A stretch of 64,000 bases of DNA from Novosphingobium sp. (lineage in GTDB: Bacteria; Pseudomonadota; Alphaproteobacteria; Sphingomonadales; Sphingomonadaceae), in the NCBI GenBank assembly GCA_037384205.1, contig JARROF010000010.1, positions 1,978 to 65,977 of the forward strand. Direction: 5' to 3'. This document shows, piece after piece, positions 54,791 through 63,775 of the stretch (its first letter is position 1; every line of letters begins with the position of its first letter). Below the pieces are notes generated by a model that worked only from the letters and a program-made list of their open reading frames with translations, ran no database searches and had not been told where the DNA came from. Position numbers and translations under genes: made by a program.

Positions 54791-55760
54791 AGCGGGCCCG
54801 GAAGGCCAGAGCAGCCCCCAGCCGGTCCAGCTGCGCGTTGTCTGCAGGCACGCCGAAGCGCATGAGATGCGGATAGTCCGCGAAAGGACGCGTCAGGATC
54901 TGCGCGCGGGCGAGTGAGGCAAATAGTTCCGCAGCACAGGGCGTGGCAGCAAGCCGGAACAGCGGGCAGGCACCTGTGGGGCGTAGTCCATGGTCCGCCA
55001 GAAGGGCGTCGAGCCGCGCTGCCCTTTCCGGCAGTCTGGCCCGGGTGGCTGCAATCCATTCGCTGTCGGCATAGGCTTGCATTCCAAAGGCCAGTGCGGC
55101 GGAGCAGACCGGCCAGTCGCCCTGCAGCTTGCGCAGTTCGGTCAGCAGCGGTTCGGGTGCGAGCACGAAGCCGAGCCGCACGCCGGCAAGTCCGAAGAAC
55201 TTGCCGAACGAGCGTGTCACGGCGAGGTTGCGGCCGTTCGCAACGAGGTCAGCCACGCTGGATTCGGGATGGCAATCGGCAAAGGCCTCATCCGCGATCA
55301 GCCATCCGCCGGAGTGCTGCTGCTGCCCCAGCGCGGAAACAAGGTATTCGCGCTGAAAGAGCCGTCCGTCCGGGTTATTGGGGTTGGTGACGATAAGGGC
55401 GTTCGGTCCGGTGTGGCCCGGTGGCGGGCTGCTGAAGGCCTGCGCATAAGCTCCGTATGTCAGGGGGACATGGCGGGCGGGAAGGTCGAGGATGCGGCCC
55501 AGCGCGCGCAGACCCGCCTCACTGCCCGGAACCGCACAGCACAGCGCCGGATCGACGCCGAAATAGCCGGCTGCGGTTTCTTCCAGGCGCATGAGCGCGT
55601 GCGGATCGGGCAGGGCGCGCCAGTCGGGCCGGACCGCGTCGGCACCAGGCCAGGGGCAGGGATTGATACCGGTAGAAAGATCGAGCCAGTCAGCGGGATT
55701 GCCGCCGAAGCGGGCACAGGCCTCGTTCAGACGGCCGCCGTGGGTGACGAATGAACTCAC
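54783..55760 (-). CDS. cobD: Threonine-phosphate decarboxylase (class I/II aminotransferase fold)
   Basis: 'HGGRLNEA…DLSTGINP' N-terminus and 'TNPNNPDG' motif. The PLP-Lys context is 'SFGKFFGLAGVRLG'. I chose GTG 55760 (GTGA overlap with the cobS stop). The 588-aa track ORF fuses it to antisense sequence. Confidence 0.85.
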   Translation of the reverse strand: MSSFVTHGGRLNEACARFGGNPADWLDLSTGINPCPWPGADAVRPDWRALPDPHALMRLEETAAGYFGVDPALCCAVPGSEAGLRALGRILDLPARHVPLTYGAYAQAFSSPPPGHTGPNALIVTNPNNPDGRLFQREYLVSALGQQQHSGGWLIADEAFADCHPESSVADLVANGRNLAVTRSFGKFFGLAGVRLGFVLAPEPLLTELRKLQGDWPVCSAALAFGMQAYADSEWIAATRARLPERAARLDALLADHGLRPTGACPLFRLAATPCAAELFASLARAQILTRPFADYPHLMRFGVPADNAQLDRLGAALAFRARYG

Positions 55761-56470
55761 CGGACGAGGACCAGCGCGGCCAGTGTAGCGGTTTCGACCA
55801 GTTCGATCCCGGCGCCGTGCCCATCGCCCGAAATGCCGCCGATCCTCCTGTGCAGCCAGAAGCCCCAGAAAGCCATGGCCGCCGTGGCCAGTAATAGCGC
55901 AGGCCCGGTCCACCATGCTGCGGCCCCGAGAAGGAATAGCCAGGCGGCGCAGACTGGCCAACTGGCCCCTGCGCCGAAGCTGGTTCCCATGCCCCTGTGC
56001 AGCGGCGGCAGGGTCAGCGCCCAGACCAGCGGCGCGATCCTTGCGGCCACCGGGATGGCGATCAGCGTTGTAACCGGAACTTCGTCCATAGCCAGACGCA
56101 GCAGGATCAGCTTGGCGATCAGTTGCAGGGCGATGGCGGTGACACCGAAGCTGCCTATATGCGGGTCCGCCAGAACCGCGGACAGCCGTTCCCGGTCGCC
56201 ATGGGCAGCCCCGGAAGCGTCGGCGATGTCGCCCAGACCGTCGAGATGCAGCGCCCCTGTGATCCCGATCCAGACCAGTAGCGCCGTCAGGGCACCGGTC
56301 CAGGGGGCATGGCGCAGGCCAATCCATGCCGCCCCGGCGAGACAAAGGCCCACCACGAAACCGGCTGCGGGGAACCAGCGTATCGCCCGCGCAAAGTCCT
56401 TTTCGCTCGCGGCGATGGCGGGGAGCGGCAAGTGCGTCATGAACTGAATCGCGAGGATCAGGGGTTTCAT
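55757..56470 (-). CDS. cobS: Adenosylcobinamide-GDP ribazoletransferase (cobalamin synthase)
   Basis: 'MKPLILAIQFMTHLP' N-terminus and 'HLDGLGDIADA' motif. Polytopic membrane protein. ATG 56470 overlaps the upstream stop (ATGA). Confidence 0.9.
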   Translation of the reverse strand: MKPLILAIQFMTHLPLPAIAASEKDFARAIRWFPAAGFVVGLCLAGAAWIGLRHAPWTGALTALLVWIGITGALHLDGLGDIADASGAAHGDRERLSAVLADPHIGSFGVTAIALQLIAKLILLRLAMDEVPVTTLIAIPVAARIAPLVWALTLPPLHRGMGTSFGAGASWPVCAAWLFLLGAAAWWTGPALLLATAAMAFWGFWLHRRIGGISGDGHGAGIELVETATLAALVLVR

Positions 56471-57045
56471 TCGCGGTATCCCGTTTCGAGAGCGATGATC
56501 TGGCCGGATAAGGGCTCTTCGGGCCAGATGCGCAGCGAGAGGAGCGCACGATAGGGAAGGTCGATGGCCCACCCTCCGCGATGATCCAGCCCGGTCACGA
56601 CCGAAAGCGCTGCCCGCATGGTTCCCGCATGAGTGACCACAAGCGTATCGCTTTTCAGGCCGGACAGGCCTGCGTGGACTCGTCGGCACAGGTCCGACCA
56701 GCGCTCGCCTTGCGGGGGCGGGTAGGTGTCAGGGTCGGCCCAGAAGCGGGAGAGGGCGGTCCTGTTGATCGCATCGGAGGCAAGGCCGTCCCAGGCGCCG
56801 AAATAGAGTTCGCGCCAGCACGGATCGCGCGTGAAGGGCACGTCGAGTTGCGCGGCGAGATACGCGGCCTGCATGCCGGTGCGGCGCAAGTCGGAACTGA
56901 CGATCCACCGCACCGGCAGATGGGCCACGCGTTCCAGCATGACAGGGCACTCTGCCAGCCGCGGCGGCTCGTCCAGATGGCCCAGCAGCAGGCCGGTCCT
57001 CTCGGGCGGCCCGTGCCGTAGCAAGTGGATGATGCGGGGGATCAC
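56467..57045 (-). CDS. cobC: Alpha-ribazole phosphatase (histidine phosphatase family)
   Basis: 'LLRHGPPE' contains the RHG catalytic motif, and 'VTHAGTMRA' is also present. GTG 57045 overlaps the cobT stop. Confidence 0.8.
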   Translation of the reverse strand: MIPRIIHLLRHGPPERTGLLLGHLDEPPRLAECPVMLERVAHLPVRWIVSSDLRRTGMQAAYLAAQLDVPFTRDPCWRELYFGAWDGLASDAINRTALSRFWADPDTYPPPQGERWSDLCRRVHAGLSGLKSDTLVVTHAGTMRAALSVVTGLDHRGGWAIDLPYRALLSLRIWPEEPLSGQIIALETGYRE

Positions 57046-58058
57046 GCGCCGCTGGCCACGGCAGCTTCAGCGAATGTCGCCATCTCGTTGTGCGCGGCGA
57101 GTGCAGCGCGTACGATGGGAACGGCGGCGGCGGCGCCCGATCCCTCGCCCAGCCGCATGTGCAACTGCAGCAAGGGCTCCAGCCCGAAATGGCCGAGCAG
57201 GCGGACATGACCGGATTCGGCGGAGCAATGCGCGGCGAGGCAATGGGCGGTGAGCTCTGGTACCCCCACCACCAGCGGGGCGATGGACGCGCAGGCGATG
57301 AAGCCGTCCAGCAGCACTGGAATGCGCATCAGCCGCGCGGCCAGGATCGCGCCTGCCATGGCCGCGATTTCGCGCCCGCCCAGGCGGCGCAGAGTCTCGA
57401 AGGCATCGCCGCAATCCGGCAGGTGCCGCGCCAGCGCCTGCTCCACGGCGCGGACCTTGCGGGCCACGCCTTCGCTGTCCAAGCCCGAACCCTTGCCGCA
57501 CCACAGCGCCGCCTCGCCGCCGAACGCGGCCGCGCACAGGGCGGAAGCGGGCGTGGTATTGCCGATCCCCATTTCGCCCACGAACAGAAGGTGCGTGTCT
57601 GGGCTGACAGCCGCGGCACCCGCATCGAGCGCGGCAAGGCATTCCGTCTCGCTCATGGCGGCTTCTGCGGAAATATCGCCGGTAGGCCGGTCGAGATCGA
57701 GCGGCACGACCGAAAGGTCCGTGCCGGACAAACGGCACAGGGCATTGATGGCAGCGCCCCCGGCCCGGAAGTTGGCCACCATCTGCTCCGTGACTTCCAC
57801 CGGAAAGGCGCTGACACCCTGTGCGGCGACGCCGTGATTGCCTGCGAAGACCACGGCCTGCACCCGGTCGATCCGGGGGCGCGGCGTGTCCTGCCATCCG
57901 GCCATGAACACCGCGATGTCCTCCAGCCGTCCGAGCGAGCCGGCGGGCTTGGTCAGTTCGGCCTGCCGTGTACGGGCGAGGGCGATGGCGGCGGCAGCGG
58001 GTTCGGGCAGGGAGGAAAGGGCCGCCGTGAAGGCGGTGCGATCGGCAAAGCGGATCAT
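57042..58058 (-). CDS. cobT: Nicotinate-nucleotide--dimethylbenzimidazole phosphoribosyltransferase
   Basis: 'LTKPAGSLGRLE', 'FAGNHGV' and 'GEMGIGNTT' motifs. I chose ATG 58058. Confidence 0.9.
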   Translation of the reverse strand: MIRFADRTAFTAALSSLPEPAAAAIALARTRQAELTKPAGSLGRLEDIAVFMAGWQDTPRPRIDRVQAVVFAGNHGVAAQGVSAFPVEVTEQMVANFRAGGAAINALCRLSGTDLSVVPLDLDRPTGDISAEAAMSETECLAALDAGAAAVSPDTHLLFVGEMGIGNTTPASALCAAAFGGEAALWCGKGSGLDSEGVARKVRAVEQALARHLPDCGDAFETLRRLGGREIAAMAGAILAARLMRIPVLLDGFIACASIAPLVVGVPELTAHCLAAHCSAESGHVRLLGHFGLEPLLQLHMRLGEGSGAAAAVPIVRAALAAHNEMATFAEAAVASGA

Positions 58059-58462
58059 GTGCAGAGGTATCCTTCGGGCGGCGTGCGGGTGATGAAGTGG
58101 CCCTTCACGCCATCGGGCCAATCGGCATAGCGCACCATGCCTTCCTTGCTGGCGGCATGGCGGGCGGCATATTCCAGAATGGCGCGGGCAGCCTCGCGGC
58201 CGGGCGTGAAATCGCCCAGCACGTAGCCGACCTTGCCCGCCGCGCGGATATGGATGACGCAATGGCGCTTGCAGGCGAAAAGGCAGGGCATTTCCTGCAC
58301 TGCCACGCCTGCAAGGTCCGGCTCTTCCTTCTGCACTGCCCGCAGGGTTTCGGCGAGCAGCGCACCGCCGCGCTGCCCGCTTTCGTCCTCGCGCGCGGCA
58401 GCGTTGAAACGGCAGGTGGAGCAGACCACCACCGCCGCTCCGGGCTCGACCGCGCGCAGCAT
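58055..58462 (-). CDS. DUF1636 family metal-binding (thioredoxin-like [2Fe-2S]-type) protein
   Basis: The 'VVCSTCRF…MPCLFACKRHC' cysteine pattern is present. Start and stop overlap btuB and cobT on either side. Confidence 0.7.
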   Translation of the reverse strand: MLRAVEPGAAVVVCSTCRFNAAAREDESGQRGGALLAETLRAVQKEEPDLAGVAVQEMPCLFACKRHCVIHIRAAGKVGYVLGDFTPGREAARAILEYAARHAASKEGMVRYADWPDGVKGHFITRTPPEGYLCT

Positions 58463-60396
58463 CAGAATCGGCTCCTCAGGCCCAGATAGAACGTCCGCCC
58501 GAGCGCGGCATAGCCGCCCGCCGTCTGATAGGATTTGTCCGCCACGTTCTCCACGCGGCCCTGCAACATCAGCCCTTCGGTGACCGGCCATTGCGCACGC
58601 ACATCGAACAGCCAGTAGTCCTTCAGCCTGGTCGTGCCCGTGGCCCGGTCGAACGTCCGGCCCGAATAGCGCGCGGCCACGCTGCCTCGCAGGCCCGAAG
58701 GCAGTTCCACGCCCGCCTCCGCATTGGCGAGATGGCGCGGTACGCGGGCAAGTTGGCGGCCATAGGTGCTGCTATCCGGTGTGCGGTCTTCCGCGTCGAT
58801 CCAGCTGTAGTTGGCATTGGCGAAGAGCACTTTCCAGCGCGCGGCCGCGGCCAGTTCGAGACCACGCGTATGGCTCTTGTCGACATTGGCGTAATAGCCG
58901 AAGCGCGTGGTGGCGGTGCCCGGGATGTAGCAGACATCGGGCAGCGGACTGCTGGCGGGGCAATAGGCAAAGTCGATCAGGTTATCGGTATCGCGCTCGA
59001 ACCAGGTGGCGGACACGCGCAGGATCTGCCCCAGGCTCTGTTCCGCGCCCACTTCCCAGCCCTTGGCCTTTTCGGGGTTCAGGTCCGCCACGCCGTAGGC
59101 GCTGAACATCTGGTAGAGCGAAGGCGCCTTGTACCCCTCGCTATAGCTGGCACGCAGCACGGTGGCGCCGTCATTGGGCGTATAGGCCGCGCCGGTGCTC
59201 ACCACGGTATTGCCGCCGAAGCGGGACTGGTGATCGTAACGCACGCCGCCATCGAGCGTGAGGCCCGTCACCGGCGTCAGGCGAAGCTGCCCATAGACGC
59301 TGTCGGTATCCACCTTGTAGGGCGTTTTCGCATAGGCTGCCGTGCTGTTGGAGGGCGAGGCGGTGGTCATCCGCTGCTCCTCGCGCTCCGCTCCGAACAG
59401 GAGCTGGATTGCATCGGAAAAGTTGTACGTGCCCTGATATTCGAAACGGCGGACCCGGCCGTGGGCATCGAAATTGAGCGGGCGGACATCGCGGGTGGGG
59501 TCGTAGTTTTCCCGATCGGTCACCGATTGCGTCATCGCGAGACGGTTGGTGAAGTGCCCGTCGAGCAGGCTGAAATTGAGCCCGGCATAGCCCGACCATT
59601 CCTTGGTCAGCCCGAAGCTGGGCGAATCCCCGGAGAAACCGTCGAAATCGTTGCGCGCGTCGGAATGGTATCCGCGCAAGTCCAGCGAGACCTGCGGGGC
59701 CAGGCGCACGGTCACGGTGCCGCTGGCGGCGCTGCGGCGGTATCCGTCATCCTCGGTGCCATTGGCGCGCGCGGAGATGCCGTCCGTGGTGAATGTCGAA
59801 CCGGCGAGGCGCCAGTCGACGGCTTTGCTGGTGCCGCCCACGCCCGCACGGGCGGAGAACGTCTTGTGGCTGCCGCCTTCGGCCGCGAAGCTGCCTTCCA
59901 GCGGCTTTTCGGGCTTGCGGGTGGTGACGTTGACCACGCCGCCGATGGCATCGCTGCCCCACAGGATCGACTGCGGCCCGCGCAGGATCTCGATCCGCTC
60001 GGCATCGTCGAGGAACAGGTTGGCAAAGCCGAAACCGCCTGCGGTGGAGGAGGGATCGGACAGGCGCATGCCGTCCAGTACCATCACCGTCTGGCCGCTA
60101 TCCGCCCCGCGAATGCGCAGGGAAGTGACAGCGCCATATCCGCCGTTGCGCGATAGACTGATGCCGGGCGTGCGCAGGAGGATATCGGTCAGCGCGATCG
60201 GCTGGTTTTCTACGATGGTCGCTTCATCGAGCACGGTAACGCTGGAGGACACACGCTCCTGTGCGACCGGCGTGCGCAGGACAGTGACGACAATGCTGCT
60301 GTCAGGCGCTTCATCGGCGAAGGCGGGGGTGGCAAGAGCGGTGGAAAGAAGAACGGGAGCGGCCGGAATGGCGGCCAGGCGGATCAATTTGGACAC
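58462..60396 (-). CDS. btuB: TonB-dependent receptor, vitamin B12 transporter BtuB type
   Basis: Signal peptide. The TonB box/plug region is 'DSSIVVTVLRTP…VTVLD' with 'LRIRGADSGQTVMVLDGMRL', and the C-terminal beta-barrel ends '…LGLRSRF'. It lies downstream of a cobalamin riboswitch. Confidence 0.9.
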   Translation of the reverse strand: MSKLIRLAAIPAAPVLLSTALATPAFADEAPDSSIVVTVLRTPVAQERVSSSVTVLDEATIVENQPIALTDILLRTPGISLSRNGGYGAVTSLRIRGADSGQTVMVLDGMRLSDPSSTAGGFGFANLFLDDAERIEILRGPQSILWGSDAIGGVVNVTTRKPEKPLEGSFAAEGGSHKTFSARAGVGGTSKAVDWRLAGSTFTTDGISARANGTEDDGYRRSAASGTVTVRLAPQVSLDLRGYHSDARNDFDGFSGDSPSFGLTKEWSGYAGLNFSLLDGHFTNRLAMTQSVTDRENYDPTRDVRPLNFDAHGRVRRFEYQGTYNFSDAIQLLFGAEREEQRMTTASPSNSTAAYAKTPYKVDTDSVYGQLRLTPVTGLTLDGGVRYDHQSRFGGNTVVSTGAAYTPNDGATVLRASYSEGYKAPSLYQMFSAYGVADLNPEKAKGWEVGAEQSLGQILRVSATWFERDTDNLIDFAYCPASSPLPDVCYIPGTATTRFGYYANVDKSHTRGLELAAAARWKVLFANANYSWIDAEDRTPDSSTYGRQLARVPRHLANAEAGVELPSGLRGSVAARYSGRTFDRATGTTRLKDYWLFDVRAQWPVTEGLMLQGRVENVADKSYQTAGGYAALGRTFYLGLRSRF

Positions 60397-60599
60397 GGGA
60401 ATACAGTCCCTTCAAGCAAACGGCGTTTGCCCGTCGGTTGCATCCGGACGAAGGAACGGTCCCCGCTTGCCCGTGGCCGGGCCCGGCTGACGCCCCTCGC
60501 ACGGATCTGGCCGGCAAGGCGGTGGCTGTCGTTGCGCGAGGGGTGACCCTGCTTTTCGCAGGGCCCTCGAACACCCGGTGCACCCTGCCCGGATGAAGA

Positions 60600-60780
60600 A
60601 CGACTGCGTCAGGCAGGTCTCCTGGCTTGCGGGTCAGGGCCGGTCCGGCCGCCTTCTCGGGACCGTATGGTCCCAATGGCATGATGGCCGGATGGCTCGC
60701 CGCTTACAGTTGCAGGGGCAGCCCGGGTTTCTCACCCGGTTCCCTTTTGATCCCTTGTCGGGGAACCTGTCGCGGCGTGG
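60600..60780 (-). promoter_or_regulatory. Cobalamin riboswitch (leader of the btuB-cob operon)
   Basis: The minus strand reads …GGTTCCCCGACAAGGGATCAAAAGGGAACCGGGTGAGAAACCCGGGCTGCCCCTGCAACTGTAAGCGG…GCCATTGGGA…GAGAAGGCGG…GCAAGCCAGGAGACCTGCCTGACG. It contains the B12 box (plus-strand coordinates 60611-60627) and the GGGAA/GGTG core. Confidence 0.85.
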
Positions 60781-60854
60781 CAACTATCGTGCAGGCGGAG
60801 CGTATGCAAGTGCAACATGCTTGCAGACCGTGGCGCCCTCGCTTAATCGTGGGG

Positions 60855-61040
60855 GCGTATCGGGTGCCCGCAAGGGCTTAATCGGGAAGTCCGGACGGTG
60901 GCGCAAGCCGCCGGAACCGGCACTGCTCCCGCAACTGTGACCGGTGAGCGCGCCGTCAAATGCCATTGGGAAGTCTCTTCCCGAGAAGGCGGCGGCAAGC
61001 GTGATGAACTGGGTAGTCAGGAAACCGGCCCGATGCCGTC
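60855..61040 (+). promoter_or_regulatory. Cobalamin riboswitch (leader of the BtuM-like/cobO/cobB operon)
   Basis: The plus strand reads GGTGCCCGCAAGGGCTTAATCGGGAAGTCCGGACGGTGGCGCAAGCCGCCGGAACCGGCACTGCTCCCGCAACTGTGACC…GCCATTGGGAAG…GAGAAGGCGG…AGTCAGGAAACCGGCC. The B12 box is at 61015-61030. Confidence 0.8.
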
Positions 61041-61258
61041 GTTCCTTCGCGCGGGCGGGATGAACCGGGCGGACGAGGGCCGCGCCGATACGGCGTAATC
61101 CCTTGGCGGACGGCATTCGTGTGTCGCGTCGAAGGGAGCCAATGAAGCCAAACCCAGCAGTTGAACTTTCCAGGGCTGTGGCCCCCGGCTCCCGCGCATG
61201 CCGCACTGGCCTGCGCACCCCGACGCATTCCTCCCGACCTTATCCGGAGATACCGACG

Positions 61259-61843
61259 ATGACTCGTTCCACCGCTTTACAATTCAGCCGCTTCGAACTG
61301 ACGGTTCTTGGCATTCTGGCCGCCGTCATGCTGCTGACGCGCTCGCATGCCGTGACGCATCTGGTCCACATCCCGAGCACAGCGCTCGCCAGCTTCTTTG
61401 TGCTGGGTTATTTCGTGCGCCGCTTCACCGGGTTCGTAGGGCTGTTCGCACTGGGCTATGCGATCGATGTCGTTTCGATCTCGATGCTGGGCGTCTCGAA
61501 CTTCTGCTACACGCCGGCTTACGCCATGCTGGTTCCCGCTTACGCGACGATGTGGCTGGCGGGCCGCTATGCCGCGCGCATGCCCGAACGCCTGCAATCG
61601 CTGCCCGGCATGGCCGTGCTGCTGGTGGCCGCGACGTTCGTTTCGCACCTCTTTTCCAGCGGCGGGTTCTATTTCCTCGGCGGCCGCTACCCCGATCCCA
61701 CGATCGCGGAATTCCTGCCGCGCATCGCGCGCTATTTCCCGTTCTCGCTGATGTCGAGCCTGATGTGGTCGGGTGTCGTGGTGGCGTTCTGGGCATTGCT
61801 GCTTACGGCTCGTCCCGATCTGCGGCGTGAGCGTCCGCAGTGA
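61259..61843 (+). CDS. Riboswitch-controlled polytopic membrane protein (194 aa), candidate BtuM-like/ECF-S-like corrinoid transporter
   Basis: ATG 61259 with GGAGA ~10 nt upstream. It has about 6 hydrophobic helices and a single Cys ('SNFCYTP', residue 83). It is the first gene after a cobalamin riboswitch, and its stop overlaps the cobO GTG. Confidence 0.55.
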   Translation: MTRSTALQFSRFELTVLGILAAVMLLTRSHAVTHLVHIPSTALASFFVLGYFVRRFTGFVGLFALGYAIDVVSISMLGVSNFCYTPAYAMLVPAYATMWLAGRYAARMPERLQSLPGMAVLLVAATFVSHLFSSGGFYFLGGRYPDPTIAEFLPRIARYFPFSLMSSLMWSGVVVAFWALLLTARPDLRRERPQ

Positions 61844-62457
61844 GCGACACGCAAGGTCTGACCGAGGAAGAACGCCGCCACAAGGAACGCACCCGCAAGC
61901 ACAAGGCGGTGGTCGATGCGAAGATCGCCGCCGCCAAAGTGGACAAGGGGCTGGTGCTGGTGCTCACCGGGAACGGCAAGGGCAAGTCCTCCAGCGCCTT
62001 CGGCATGGTCGCGCGCATGCTCGGCTATGGCCGCACGGCAGCGGTGTTCCAGTTCATCAAAGGCAAGGAGGACGTGGGCGAGCGCGCTTTCCTCTCCCGC
62101 CAGCCCGGCGTGACATGGGAGAACTGCGGCGAGGGCTTCACCTGGGAAACGCAGGACCTGCGCCGCGATATCGCCACCGCCCGTGCCGGGTGGGAGAAGG
62201 CGAAACAGGCGCTGGCCGATTCCACTGTGTCGCTGGTGGTGCTCGATGAACTGACCTACCTCGTCAACTACCGCTATCTCTCGCTGGACGAAGTGCTGCC
62301 GCCGATCCGCAACCGCCCGGAGATGCAGCATGTCGTCATCACCGGCCGCGCCGCGCATGCCGATCTCGTCGAACTGGCTGACACGGTGAGCGCGATCCGC
62401 GACGAGAAGCACGCCTTCCGAGCGGGCGTGCGGGCACAGGCGGGCATCGACCTGTGA
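61840..62457 (+). CDS. cobO: Cob(I)yrinic acid a,c-diamide adenosyltransferase
   Basis: P-loop 'TGNGKGKSSSAFG', plus 'VFQFIKG' and 'VVLDELTY'. Confidence 0.9.
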   Translation: MSDTQGLTEEERRHKERTRKHKAVVDAKIAAAKVDKGLVLVLTGNGKGKSSSAFGMVARMLGYGRTAAVFQFIKGKEDVGERAFLSRQPGVTWENCGEGFTWETQDLRRDIATARAGWEKAKQALADSTVSLVVLDELTYLVNYRYLSLDEVLPPIRNRPEMQHVVITGRAAHADLVELADTVSAIRDEKHAFRAGVRAQAGIDL

Positions 62458-62467
62458 CGAGCGACCT

Positions 62468-63775
62468 GTGACTCTGGCGGCGCACTGCCCGGCCGTTCTG
62501 GTCTCCGCCCCGGCTTCGGGGCAGGGCAAGACCCTGGTGACGGCCGCGCTCGCGCGGCTGCACCGCAAGGCCGGGCGGCGCGTGCGCGTGTTCAAATGCG
62601 GGCCGGATTTCCTCGACCCGATGATCCTCGAACAGGCAAGCGGCGCCCCGGTGCACCAGCTCGACCTGTTCATGGTGGGCGAGGACGAATGCCGCCGCCT
62701 GTTGCACGAGGCGGCCGGGCAGGCCGATGTCATCCTCGTGGAGGGCGTCATGGGCCTCTACGACGGCAATCCTTCCGCCGCCGATCTTGCCGCCTGCTTC
62801 GGCCTGCCAGTGCTGGCGGTGATCGACGGATCGGCGATGGCGCAGACGTTCGGGGCGCTGGCCCACGGGCTCGCCGGCTACCGCGAGGATGTGAATCTCG
62901 TGGCCGTGCTGGCCAACCGCGTGGGCAGCGCGCGCCACGCGCAGATGCTCGAGGAGAGCCTGCCGCCGTCCATCACATGGCTGGGGGGCTTGCCGCGCGA
63001 TACCGAAGCGGCTCTTCCCGAACGCCACCTGGGCCTCGTGCAGGCGAGCGAGATCGCCGATCTCGATGCCCGGCTGAACAAGGTCGCAGCCAATCTACCC
63101 GCCAGCGCGGCATGGCTGCCCGAGCGTATTGCGTTCGAGCCTCTTTCCGGCGGTGTGGGGATTGAGCGCCTGCTCGACGATGTGCGCATAGCCATTGCCC
63201 GCGATGCAGCGTTTGGTTTTATCTATCCGGCAAATCTCGCCTGCCTTGAGACAATGGGCGCGCGCCTTTCGTTCTTCTCTCCGCTCGAAGACGATTGCCT
63301 GCCGGAATGCGACGCGCTCTGGTTGCCGGGGGGCTATCCCGAACTCCATCTGGAAGCGCTGTCGTTGAATCAGGCCATGATGGAGGCTGTGCGAACTCAT
63401 CATGCCTCGGGCAAGGCCTTGCTCGCCGAATGCGGCGGTATGCTCTATTGTTTGGACACGCTGGGGAGCACGGACGGGGCGTGCGCGCCGATGGCCGGAC
63501 TGATCGCGGGCAAGGCCAAGATGCAACCGCGCCTTGCCGCGCTCGGATTGCAGCAGGTGGACATGCCGGGCGGAACCTTGCGCGGTCATACGTTTCACTA
63601 TTCCCGTATGGAAACCGGACAGGCTCCGTTCGCCCGGGCAACAACCGCCGACGGGCGCGAGGGAGAGCCCGTCTACCGTTCAGGGTCTCTCACTGCGAGT
63701 TACATGCACTTCTACTTCCCTTCTGCGAGCCGGGCGGTAGCGCAAATCTTTCAGAGGCAGCCTGTCGCTGTCTGA
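62468..63775 (+). CDS. cobB: Cobyrinate a,c-diamide synthase
   Basis: 'SAPASGQGKTLVTAAL' and 'KCGPDFLDP' motifs. The GATase Cys is in 'AECGGMLY'. GTG start. Confidence 0.9.
   Translation: MTLAAHCPAVLVSAPASGQGKTLVTAALARLHRKAGRRVRVFKCGPDFLDPMILEQASGAPVHQLDLFMVGEDECRRLLHEAAGQADVILVEGVMGLYDGNPSAADLAACFGLPVLAVIDGSAMAQTFGALAHGLAGYREDVNLVAVLANRVGSARHAQMLEESLPPSITWLGGLPRDTEAALPERHLGLVQASEIADLDARLNKVAANLPASAAWLPERIAFEPLSGGVGIERLLDDVRIAIARDAAFGFIYPANLACLETMGARLSFFSPLEDDCLPECDALWLPGGYPELHLEALSLNQAMMEAVRTHHASGKALLAECGGMLYCLDTLGSTDGACAPMAGLIAGKAKMQPRLAALGLQQVDMPGGTLRGHTFHYSRMETGQAPFARATTADGREGEPVYRSGSLTASYMHFYFPSASRAVAQIFQRQPVAV

Noticed and set aside
54783-56549. 588-aa ORF suggesting a single large protein
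   Set aside because: Only the C-terminal 325 aa (from GTG 55760) look like threonine-phosphate decarboxylase. The N-terminal part is antisense or alternative-frame sequence over cobS.
61103-61258. N-terminal extension of the riboswitch-controlled membrane protein (track start 61103 or ATG 61142)
   Set aside because: The extension is Arg/Pro/Ser-rich and non-hydrophobic, and it would overlap the riboswitch expression platform. ATG 61259 has a GGAGA SD and begins directly before the first TM helix.
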